Assembly: GCA_963828195.1 (NCBI GenBank)
Contig: CAWHDT010000005.1
Location: forward strand, 704,001 to 768,000
Direction of reading: 5' to 3'
DNA from: Candidatus Bathyarchaeota archaeon
GTDB taxonomy: Archaea; Thermoproteota; Bathyarchaeia; Bathyarchaeales; Bathycorpusculaceae
Length of the DNA stretch: 64,000 nt
Shown here: piece after piece, positions 1 through 8,475 of the stretch
How the letters are laid out: each line of letters opens with the position of its first letter
Numbering within the stretch: the stretch's first letter is position 1
Translations under genes and position numbers: made by a program
The notes under the pieces: model-generated
What the model was told of the DNA's origin: nothing
Databases searched by the model: none
The model's input: only the letters and a program-made list of their open reading frames with translations

Positions 1-1
1 T

Positions 2-601
2 TGGCAAAGCCTTCCAGCCGACTATTCTCTCAGCGAACGCGACGTTGACGTTTTGACGCTGATAGAAAACGAAGACTTAGCCGTATTCACATTCGACGGA
101 TTAAAACGGAGAACAGGACTTCATCCTGAGACTTTATCGCGCATACTTGTTCGTCTGGAGCAAGAGGGCATCGTAAAAAAAGGACCTGAAGGCTACAGGG
201 TTACTCCAAAAATAACGGAGTTAAAACTTAGTCAGCTGCGCAAGGAAGAGCCGACAACGCCGCTGATTCAGACTTTTCTTCCATCTGACCTCATGACCCA
301 ACAGCTCATCCTGTCTCTAAAAGGCAAATGGTTCGGTTTACTGCGTTGGCTTGGCATATCTGAAAACGGCCAAGGCGTCACTTTAAAGTGGATCACGGAG
401 GACGGAGGCATCCAAATAGCGGCAAATATTCAGGGTACCGCGCTTAATATAGAAGCTAAATTCCTGACAAACCACAACTTGAACTTGGCGTTGAAGGCTT
501 CTTATCAGCTTATGGCAAACATCGGCAAGCTCTATCAAGGAGCACACGTTGCCAGAAATGTGGCTTACTATAGCGACACGGCATATATGATGTCAGCCTA
601 A
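2..601 (+). CDS. winged helix-turn-helix domain protein (5'-truncated by window edge)
   Basis: Frame is open from base 2 (WQSLPADYSLSERDVDVLTLIENE...). wHTH-like segment FTFDGLKRRTGLHPETLSRILVRLEQEGIV. Confidence 0.6.
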   Translation, partial: WQSLPADYSLSERDVDVLTLIENEDLAVFTFDGLKRRTGLHPETLSRILVRLEQEGIVKKGPEGYRVTPKITELKLSQLRKEEPTTPLIQTFLPSDLMTQQLILSLKGKWFGLLRWLGISENGQGVTLKWITEDGGIQIAANIQGTALNIEAKFLTNHNLNLALKASYQLMANIGKLYQGAHVARNVAYYSDTAYMMSA

Positions 602-733
602 TTTTTCCGCCAACTTTCTCTTCCAAAACTGCCCTGAAAGATTGCCCAACCATAGACCAAGGCTTCTTTTAGGGGTGAATTGGGAAAAAGCATTTAAAAG
701 CGAAAAACAAGCTAAGAGCGGTAAACTTACATA

Positions 734-1654
734 ATGGCAGAAAATCAAAAGGAAAATGAGAAATCTCGAGTTACTTTAAAAAACATTAACTACCGTTCTA
801 CTAGGTTTATCTCTCTTTTGTTGTCATCACTGTACATAGTTGCCGTAGCTGTCTTCTGCATAGACTACAAAATCATTCCAGGCCCGGAATTTCTGGTTTT
901 AGGCATCCTGATTTACTGCACGTATAACGAACGGACTTGGCACGCCTTCAAAGACTGGCTGCCCTTCGTCACGGTATTTGTATCCTACGAAGTCATGTAC
1001 AGTTTCATAGGAACAATTTCCATGTATAACCTTCATGTGGGACCATACAATTTTGATGTCTTGCTGTTCGGCCAAGTGCCCAGCCTCATTCTACAGCAAA
1101 CGATAAAGATGCCTATTTTAAATTACGTTGGAGCATTTTTCTACGGCATATACTTTTTTGTACCAACCGTCTTCGCCTACATTGTCTGGAAAAAAAGCCC
1201 TAAAAACTACTGGAAATACACCGTTGGCTTCGCCATATTAACCTACAGCGCCCTCATAACTTTCCTCTTTTACCCCGTCGCGCCCCCCTGGATTGCAGTT
1301 CCAGACGTTACCCGAATCCTAACAGGGTCAGTTGACGCCAACCTCGGGCTCCCCGTTTACAAGACCCTGTTTGACTTTCTGAGCCCAAACGCCTACGCCG
1401 CATTCCCCAGCATGCACTCAGCTATGCCCTGGCTGGTGTTTCTTTTCGCATTCAAAATTTGGAGGTGGAAAGCGCTCCCAGCACTGTCGATTCCTGTTGG
1501 AACATGGTTTAGCGCAGTCTACTTGGGCGAGCACTATTTCACAGATGTCTTAGGCGGAATAGTCTACGCCACAATCGCGTTCTATGCAGCAGATAAGCTT
1601 TTGCCGTTACTTACCGCTAGAATCGGCTTTTTGAGGAAACACATGCCGACCTAA
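734..1654 (+). CDS. PAP2 superfamily / AUR1 (IPC synthase)-like membrane phosphotransferase
   Basis: Multi-TM protein with motifs YPVAPPW, AAFPSMH and YLGEHYFTD typical of the PAP2_3/AUR1 family. Confidence 0.8.
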   Translation: MAENQKENEKSRVTLKNINYRSTRFISLLLSSLYIVAVAVFCIDYKIIPGPEFLVLGILIYCTYNERTWHAFKDWLPFVTVFVSYEVMYSFIGTISMYNLHVGPYNFDVLLFGQVPSLILQQTIKMPILNYVGAFFYGIYFFVPTVFAYIVWKKSPKNYWKYTVGFAILTYSALITFLFYPVAPPWIAVPDVTRILTGSVDANLGLPVYKTLFDFLSPNAYAAFPSMHSAMPWLVFLFAFKIWRWKALPALSIPVGTWFSAVYLGEHYFTDVLGGIVYATIAFYAADKLLPLLTARIGFLRKHMPT

Positions 1655-1767
1655 AGATTCTTTGACCACAAAGGCAGGAAAGAAAGCTCCGAAAAACTGA
1701 GTTGCCTTCCCCCAACATAATACTGCAGCTTTAAAAGCTAGTATGCCTTAACAGGGGGAGCGAAGCG

Positions 1768-2046
1768 GTGTATATTTTGAGTCAAAAAGTACATGGAAGA
1801 ATAGTGAATTACAGAACAGGGCCAAAATCGCAGACATCAAGAGAATGCCTAATCGAACTGGAAACGATTGATTCTGAGTCTTCAGCGGGCAAACTCATAG
1901 GACAAAAAGTAACCTGGAAAAACGGCGACAACAAGTTTATAGGAAAAATCAGGGGTGCCCACGGAAAAAACGGCATGGTTCGGGTAAGATTCCCACACGG
2001 GGTTCCTGGCCAAGCAATAGGCGCACGGGTTGAATTAGCAAGTTAA
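1768..2046 (+). CDS. rpl35ae: 50S ribosomal protein L35Ae (start may be TTG 1777)
   Basis: GRIVNYRTG...GKIRGAHGKNGMVRVRFPHGVPGQAIG matches the L35Ae pattern. Confidence 0.9.
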   Translation: MYILSQKVHGRIVNYRTGPKSQTSRECLIELETIDSESSAGKLIGQKVTWKNGDNKFIGKIRGAHGKNGMVRVRFPHGVPGQAIGARVELAS

Positions 2047-2093
2047 CGCGCTTTGTTTTAACTAAAAAACAGTTTTTTGTGGAATAAGCTTTT

Positions 2094-2258
2094 TTACAGT
2101 TCACCTAAGTCTTCGGTTTCATACATGTGCTCTTCTAACCGAAGTTTTCCTTCTTTAACCACAACTTTGTAGTCAGCTTCGCAAATCGGGCAAGCAACAA
2201 TGTCGTCTTCTTTAACGTCAGGTAATTTGAAAGTATTTCCACATTCGCAGCATTTCAA
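2094..2258 (-). CDS. LysW/ArgW-like zinc-ribbon amino-group carrier protein
   Basis: About 54 aa from TTG 2258 (purine-rich RBS upstream). Two CxxC motifs (CCEC, CPIC) and an acidic tail EDLGEL resembling the LysW EDWGE motif. Confidence 0.7.
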   Translation of the reverse strand: MKCCECGNTFKLPDVKEDDIVACPICEADYKVVVKEGKLRLEEHMYETEDLGEL

Positions 2259-2590
2259 GATTATTTTGGTGCCCTTCCTTTTTATAGAGCAGTCTGGAGA
2301 AAAAGTAAAATTGCTAACGGCCGATCTGACTCTTCCCCTAAAGAACTCTAATTCATACATAAGAGGCGGGTAGAGCTATATTAGCATAGCTAAGAAGCAA
2401 ACCGTTTTCTATGATTCATTTTCCATTAATTGCACCGTTAAGCAAGAGGGGCTATGTTATCTTAAAAATCGTTTTCTTCATACATGGCTTTATAAGCGTG
2501 GCGGAAGAATTGTAAGCTGAAGAGTTTCTCTTATCCTCGTGGGTTTACCCTTTCGTATAATTGATTCTTTTCAAGAAAATATTGAGGTAA

Positions 2591-2731
2591 ATGAAAATGT
2601 GCATGTTGAGAGCGGGTTTAGTTAAAAACTGTCGCAGATGTAAATCTTCCGTACGGCTAACTTGTGTATCCAGAAAGAAAGCATCAAAGAAAAGCTTCAC
2701 AGATAACAAGAAAAAAGGCGAAAAAGCTTAA
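2591..2731 (+). CDS. small basic Cys-containing protein (46 aa, not in ORF track)
   Basis: GAGGT SD-like element just upstream of ATG 2591. Translation MKMCMLRAGLVKNCRRCKSSVRLTCVSRKKASKKSFTDNKKKGEKA. Confidence 0.5.
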   Translation: MKMCMLRAGLVKNCRRCKSSVRLTCVSRKKASKKSFTDNKKKGEKA

Positions 2732-2798
2732 TTGACAGTTAAAATTCCCAAAGTTCAGAAACTAATTTTTCTTAACGAAGGAGAACCGAGGTGAAAAT

Positions 2799-2993
2799 AT
2801 GTCTCAAAGAACAGTTTACGAGGTAAAATGCACTAGCTGCAACCAAACCGCCACGGTGCCCTTCAAGCCTACGCCAGGCAAGCCAGTTTACTGCAAAGCT
2901 TGCTTTGCAAAACAATCAACCAATCAATCCGCAAAAACGACGGGTCCCCACGCTAATTTTGAACCCAAACAGGCCTGGGCAAGACGAAGATAA
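2799..2993 (+). CDS. CxxC-x17-CxxC domain protein
   Basis: CTSCNQTATVPFKPTPGKPVYCKAC signature, with a GAGGTG RBS. Confidence 0.9.
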   Translation: MSQRTVYEVKCTSCNQTATVPFKPTPGKPVYCKACFAKQSTNQSAKTTGPHANFEPKQAWARRR

Positions 2994-3058
2994 ACCTAAA
3001 CAACTTCTATTTATAATCACAAGAAAACTTGCAGAGGGATAGCAACAGGGCGAATAAT

Positions 3059-3313
3059 ATGAAGATCATTAAAGGGTGGAAGAAAATAAGCAATCAAGGC
3101 GGCTATGTAAACGAAGCCACAGGTCAAACTTTAATTGTTTCCAAAAAAGAATTCAGCTCAAACTACCAGGCAGTGCTTTTTGCGGGAGAGCAAACGGATG
3201 AAGCAGAGAGCAAAAAAATCTCGCCTGAGTTCTCCAAGAAAACACAGGCTGAAGCCGTCGCCTTAAGTTGGATGGAAAAGCACCCAAATGGAATAGTTGA
3301 ATCAAAAGATTAA
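3059..3313 (+). CDS. hypothetical protein
   Basis: 84-aa ORF with normal composition, from ATG 3059. Confidence 0.6.
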   Translation: MKIIKGWKKISNQGGYVNEATGQTLIVSKKEFSSNYQAVLFAGEQTDEAESKKISPEFSKKTQAEAVALSWMEKHPNGIVESKD

Positions 3314-3436
3314 GTTAGTTCTGCCAAAGTTTAATTTTGGTTCGAGCAGTAGAGCCTAATTTTAACAAAAACATGAACTCGAAAATCTAAGTAACCTTTG
3401 CCTCAGCCATAAAGCGGCTGCCTAAAAGCGAGATAC

Positions 3437-3847
3437 TTATCGGTTTCCGTATTTTTTTCTCATGCAAACTTGGCAAAAATTTTTTTTGTAGCGCCTTATT
3501 CTTTGAGGCTGAAAAAGTTTGCCGCAAGAGCTGCATTTGATTTGCGCCGTCTGAGTAGGATCAAGCAGTTTCAATCTTCTTTCAATTTCAGCTTTGATTT
3601 CAACATCGTTTTCTGCCTTCAAAGCTCCATTCAACAATATTTTAGCTTGCTCTAAACTTCTGTTCCCATAAACCTTCAAGAAAACACTATCTGGTTTTCC
3701 CACTCCTAACTTTAACGGCAACATACAAACAAAGTTGGAGGGGTAACTCTGAGACTTGCTATAGTCAACAACTGCGAAGCGAAAGTTTCTTCGATAGGGA
3801 TTATCATCCTTCCCGTTATGCTCGAAGATCTGCAGCCGTACACTCAT
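3437..3847 (-). CDS. hypothetical protein with C-terminal zinc ribbon
   Basis: CSSC...CQVC near the C-terminus. Confidence 0.65.
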   Translation of the reverse strand: MSVRLQIFEHNGKDDNPYRRNFRFAVVDYSKSQSYPSNFVCMLPLKLGVGKPDSVFLKVYGNRSLEQAKILLNGALKAENDVEIKAEIERRLKLLDPTQTAQIKCSSCGKLFQPQRIRRYKKNFCQVCMRKKYGNR

Positions 3848-4020
3848 TTTTTAATTCACGCTTCCACATTAAAAGTAAACCAAGGTTAATATCTATACCT
3901 AAAGAAAATTTTGGTTCCTCAGCCGCCTACGCGACTTTTGAGGCTACTTAAGCCTATTTTGCCCGATAATTTGCTGTTTAACTGCGCATTAACGGTTCTT
4001 CTTGTTCGAAAAGCGGGTTT

Positions 4021-5205
4021 TCAGAGCAATGAAGATAAACCTAGGATTCCGCCTGCCACAATCATGACTGATGCTATAACGAAGGCTGCTATTTCGTATT
4101 TGTTGTATTGGTAGCCGTTCATCACTTTTTTATCTGAAACAAGCTTCCCCAGAAAGTACAGGGACGGAATAATCACTATCGGATAGATAACCATTAGGCT
4201 GAGCATCAGTTGGATGTAACCTGTTATTGTAGCTACAATGATTACGGCTGGAATGCTTTCAAGCAGGTACACTCCTATGAAAGAAGTGTGCGAGGTTTTG
4301 CCTGTGGCTTCAAGGACCCCCCATGCTGAGCCAAGGGATATAACGATGAGTGCAAGAAAGCCCGCGAAAAGGAACAGCGCGCCCATAATAGGCATGGCAT
4401 AAGGTCCAAAGAACGAAAGCACTTTTGAAAGGGCTAAGGCAGTGATCACTTTGCCGCCGTTGGCAAGCCGTATCCCCGGAAACAGCAAGATGACCATCAG
4501 AACTTCAGATACTACAGCTCCCAGGAGCGTTTCGATTCGTTCGTTCTTTAGGTCCTTTGGCTTTTTCTTTCTGCGCGCATCGGCACCAGAGTGGTAATAG
4601 AGCATCCACGGCATAATTACTGCACCTATGCTTGCTGCCAGAAGGAAGTCGAAAGATGGTTTACTGTAGGGCTGAAGCGGCGAGAGCCCCAACGAAACAA
4701 AATCTTTCAGGTTAATTGGGAAGATGAAGGCTGACGCGACTATAGCAGCCACTAACAGGAAGCTTAACGGTATAAGAATCATCTCGGCTCGGCGATATTG
4801 CTTTCCAAACATCACCGCTGTGTGGATCGAGAAAATCATTATAAGCCCCAGAATAATGGGGAAGCCAAGTAAATACAGCCCAATAGCCATCCCCGCATAT
4901 TCCGCTAAATACTCCAGAAAATCGCTTACACCCATAGGCACTGCGGCAATCATCGCTTTGCGGCTTCCGAACTGTTTTCTAGTTGCTTCGCCCAATCCAA
5001 GCCCTGCACACGTTCCTAGTCTGCCTGCTGCGTCTTGGATGATGAAGAGGGGCAGGATCAATATGAGGAGGATGAACGCCATTCTGTAGCCGTAGCTTGC
5101 GCCGGATTGTATTGCGGTGATTATTGAGGCTATGTCGATGTCGGCTATCATTACGATCCAGGCGGGTCCGAAGTTTCTTAGCCAGTCGCCGACTTTGAAA
5201 TTCAT
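4021..5205 (-). CDS. mntH: NRAMP-family divalent metal (Mn/Fe) transporter
   Basis: GPAWIVMIADID (TM1 motif), GAVIMPW (TM6 motif), about 11 TM segments. Confidence 0.85.
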   Translation of the reverse strand: MNFKVGDWLRNFGPAWIVMIADIDIASIITAIQSGASYGYRMAFILLILILPLFIIQDAAGRLGTCAGLGLGEATRKQFGSRKAMIAAVPMGVSDFLEYLAEYAGMAIGLYLLGFPIILGLIMIFSIHTAVMFGKQYRRAEMILIPLSFLLVAAIVASAFIFPINLKDFVSLGLSPLQPYSKPSFDFLLAASIGAVIMPWMLYYHSGADARRKKKPKDLKNERIETLLGAVVSEVLMVILLFPGIRLANGGKVITALALSKVLSFFGPYAMPIMGALFLFAGFLALIVISLGSAWGVLEATGKTSHTSFIGVYLLESIPAVIIVATITGYIQLMLSLMVIYPIVIIPSLYFLGKLVSDKKVMNGYQYNKYEIAAFVIASVMIVAGGILGLSSLL

Positions 5206-5245
5206 GTTGATGCCTCTTTAAAGTTGCTTGTCAAACCGCACACAC

Positions 5246-5259
5246 TTAGGTCAACCTAA
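5246..5259. promoter_or_regulatory. DtxR/MntR-type operator palindrome 1 (TTAGG-TCAA-CCTAA)
   Basis: Palindrome in the divergent mntH-regulator intergenic region, resembling DtxR-family boxes. Confidence 0.7.
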
Positions 5260-5280
5260 ATAAAGCATAATATATTAACT

Positions 5281-5296
5281 TTTAGGCAAACCTAAA
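5281..5296. promoter_or_regulatory. DtxR/MntR-type operator palindrome 2 (TTTAGG-CAAA-CCTAAA)
   Basis: Second copy of the same palindrome. The two boxes flank an AT-rich TATA-like segment (ATAATATATTAA). Confidence 0.7.
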
Positions 5297-5377
5297 TCAT
5301 TTTTTCCAACAAACACAACCCCCAAGAATTCAAAACTTATATCCCGAAATCAACAATTAAATAACTGAGACCAACCT

Positions 5378-5791
5378 ATGCCAACTTCCGAAAGCGTAGA
5401 AGAATACTTAGAAGCACTATGGATATCGGAAGAAAGAGGCGAAAAACTAGCACACCTAACATGGGTGGCAGATCACCTAAAAGTAGCAGCGCCAAGCGCA
5501 TTAGAAATGCTAAAGAAACTGGAAAAAGAAGGCTACGTAATTTATAAAACAAGACAAGGCATCGAACTTACCGAAAAAGGAAGAAAAATAGCTAAAAGAA
5601 TCATTCGCGCTCACAGACTCACAGAAGTGTTGATGAAGGAATCATTAAAAACAGACATACAGGAAGAAAGTGTCTGCGGAATAGAACATCACATGAACGA
5701 TGAATTCATGAATGCCCTGTGTACACAACTTAATCACCCGAGAAAATGTCCTCATGGACACTCCATCCCGAAAGGCAAATGCTGCCCATAA
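5378..5791 (+). CDS. DtxR/MntR-family metal-dependent transcriptional repressor
   Basis: EEYLEAL, HRLTE, CGIEHH and CPHG motifs. Lacks the SH3/FeoA domain. Confidence 0.9.
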   Translation: MPTSESVEEYLEALWISEERGEKLAHLTWVADHLKVAAPSALEMLKKLEKEGYVIYKTRQGIELTEKGRKIAKRIIRAHRLTEVLMKESLKTDIQEESVCGIEHHMNDEFMNALCTQLNHPRKCPHGHSIPKGKCCP

Positions 5792-6016
5792 ACTCAAACT
5801 AACAGAAAAATGCTACCTTACAAAATCCTTTCTTTCAATGGTGCCAACTAGTTGAATGAGATGATACTTGAGTTCACAGTCATGATTGAGCCAAGCTTGG
5901 ACGTACTCCCGAGGCAGAACGCGCATTCAAAATCGTAGCTTTCAACACTGTGCAGGTATTTTGTTCAAGTGGTGTGGGCGACTTCCATGTTTGACGATTC
6001 CAATGCTATCGCTTGC

Positions 6017-6802
6017 TTAATGCTTCATATACTTTCGGGTTAAGGTTCTTGTGAGATGAAGAGCTGCGTAGATCGAAGATAAAATCAGGAGCAAAGTGAA
6101 GAGAGTTCTTTGCGAAAAGTCAAATGAAGCCGTGAAGACGTAGAGGCCATAGAAACCCACGCATTCAAGGAATACGAATTTCAAGCTATAGCCTGAGGAA
6201 CTGGATAGAAAGAACGCGGCCGCTTTCATTTTCATTGTCCCGGCAGCCAGAGCAACGACGCTGTAGAAGTACGGTATGAAGGTGGCTATGAAAATTGAGA
6301 ATTTGCCGTGTTCCAACACCCATTTATCTGCTGCTTCGAGGTTCTTCTCAGATATATGAAAGAATGACATTACTCTCAACAGTAGTGGTCTGGCTGCAAG
6401 TGTACCGAAAACGTACTCTATCGGCAACAAAGCGCCCGCGAGGCACGCCAGAAACGCGTAATACGGATTGAACAACCCTGCTAATGATAGGTAACCACAC
6501 GCTGGAACGAGGATGTAATCGGGAACTGGTAAAAAGGCGATGCTAAGGAATATGCCTAAATAACCCGCTAGCAAAAACGGCGACGACACACCATTCTGAC
6601 CGACTTTATAGGTCGATATGTTGATGAAACGAAAATACGCGTTCAGCAATGCCAGAGCGCTCAGCAATATTATCAATATTGAAATCACAAAGAGATAGTG
6701 CCAATATTTGCTTGATCTCCCCTTTTTGTCTTCTCCGAATCCTAGATTAGTTTTCCAGATCCGACGCGAACTGCTTTTTTTCGGGGAGTTTGTTGCGCTC
6801 AT
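6017..6802 (-). CDS. DedA/VTT-family membrane protein
   Basis: LPVPDYILVPACG, KWVLEHGKFSIFIATFIP and LAAGTMKM motifs. Confidence 0.75.
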   Translation of the reverse strand: MSATNSPKKSSSRRIWKTNLGFGEDKKGRSSKYWHYLFVISILIILLSALALLNAYFRFINISTYKVGQNGVSSPFLLAGYLGIFLSIAFLPVPDYILVPACGYLSLAGLFNPYYAFLACLAGALLPIEYVFGTLAARPLLLRVMSFFHISEKNLEAADKWVLEHGKFSIFIATFIPYFYSVVALAAGTMKMKAAAFFLSSSSGYSLKFVFLECVGFYGLYVFTASFDFSQRTLFTLLLILSSIYAALHLTRTLTRKYMKH

Positions 6803-7009
6803 TTATGTTTCTTTCCGAACCTCATGGATTGCAATGCCAACTTAAAATCGTTCACTTACTTGAAATCATATTCTCTCAACTTTGCCGTTATGATGGATTG
6901 CAGTGTTTATGGTTGCTTGTTTGAGTTTATCCTTCCCCTCGCTTTTCATGCACTATTTTTGTGCGCAAAAGTTCGGGACTAATTTCAGCCATTTATTTTA
7001 GGTCAAGTT

Positions 7010-7924
7010 TTAGCTATGGAGTGCTTCCAATAAAGCTTTGACGTCATTAATCCAAGTGTTTATTGTTTTGATGTTCTCCGCCTGCCCATGTGATACCTTA
7101 TGCATTCCTTTCAATTGGTCAAGTTGGTGTTGGTAGTATCCTACTAACTGGTTTAGGGGCTTTATGAACTGGGCCGTTGAGCCATGTTGCTCCAGTTTAT
7201 CTCCTAAATTATTAAGTGTGATAAGCATCTCATCCACAGTCATTTCTGTGATTTTCTCGAAGTTTTGAAGCACCCACTGTTTGACAACCATATTGTGTTT
7301 TTTCCATCCTGTGGCTTGCTCAGTGAAGGTTTTGAGCACGGATAGGTAGAGCTGGGTGACTTGTTTCGCGTCAACTACGGGTGCCTGAGGCGCTGCTGAG
7401 GCTACTTTCACCTGTGCTTGGGTATCAGTATGCAGCTTAGCAAAAGAAACAGTTAAACCAACAGAAAGCCTAAGCGGCGCATCCAATGCAAGCCACAGTT
7501 TGTTTAGCTCCTCCAAAGAAAGCGAATCAATTTTCGTTGTGAACTCAACATTGTTTTCCTCGCCTGAATTTACGATCGGAGGAACGGCTAAAATTGCATG
7601 AATTATTTCCTCAAGCAATGCGTGGTCGTCTTTGTCGTTTCCGGTAGACGGGGTCACAAGATAGTGCAGAACAAAAGGCATCGTATTTTTGCTCGAGCAG
7701 TCTTCAGTTGACCGAGTGTTTCCTGACGCTTTTTCTTCGGTTATATTGTATAAGAAAATCGATAGCTTTCTGGTTCCGCGAGTCCCAGTGGCCTTTGGAG
7801 AGGAAAACGAGATTTGCTCTTGACTTGAGACGACGTTTTTTGTTGCGGGTTCATTTTTTATGCTGTTCCAGATAAGGTCTGCCAGAGCCCTGTCGGAATC
7901 CGATATGAAGGCTTTTTGAACCAT
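7010..7924 (-). CDS. DUF4255/Pvc16 N-terminal domain protein with an unknown helical C-terminal domain
   Basis: ISFSSP...LSIFLYNITE...LHYLVTP...DDHALL...LSLEELNKLWLALDAPLRLSVGLTVS follows the DUF4255 pattern. Confidence 0.75.
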   Translation of the reverse strand: MVQKAFISDSDRALADLIWNSIKNEPATKNVVSSQEQISFSSPKATGTRGTRKLSIFLYNITEEKASGNTRSTEDCSSKNTMPFVLHYLVTPSTGNDKDDHALLEEIIHAILAVPPIVNSGEENNVEFTTKIDSLSLEELNKLWLALDAPLRLSVGLTVSFAKLHTDTQAQVKVASAAPQAPVVDAKQVTQLYLSVLKTFTEQATGWKKHNMVVKQWVLQNFEKITEMTVDEMLITLNNLGDKLEQHGSTAQFIKPLNQLVGYYQHQLDQLKGMHKVSHGQAENIKTINTWINDVKALLEALHS

Positions 7925-8475
7925 AAGTATCGAGTCAAGTATTTTATTGCATTCTTAAAAGAGTTTAGCCAAAATCCGCGTAAATGCTCGCGTTAGAATA
8001 TTTTTCTGATTCTTAACACGTAAGATTCGCAGCCCAGTCAAGCTGTATAGACGCTAATAACGCAAAATATGCGTTTGCGGCAGCTAAAACTTTATCGTTT
8101 AACGCATTTCTCAGTGGCACTGTCAAAACGATTTGTTTTACCATAATCACAGGTTTTGCAGTCATCTTTTATTTCTTGGCCAAACGGGCAACCTTTCAAA
8201 TCTGCCATACTTTTTCACCTTAATCGATTATTGATGTGGTAGCCCAGAGAGGTTTAAGCCTCGTTCAAGCATTTCCAGACGCTACCAATTTGCTATCAAA
8301 ATAAAGCTTATTTAAGATTTAAGCATTAGTAATTTGCTCTCATTTTCACACTATGTTCACTAAGACGACGAGTGAGCTGTTGTTGGTTAATACTGACAAC
8401 ACAGCGTTATATAGCCTGCCACGTCAATAGGCTTTTGGCTATGACGTACACCAGCCCCAATAATGAAAATTAGAA

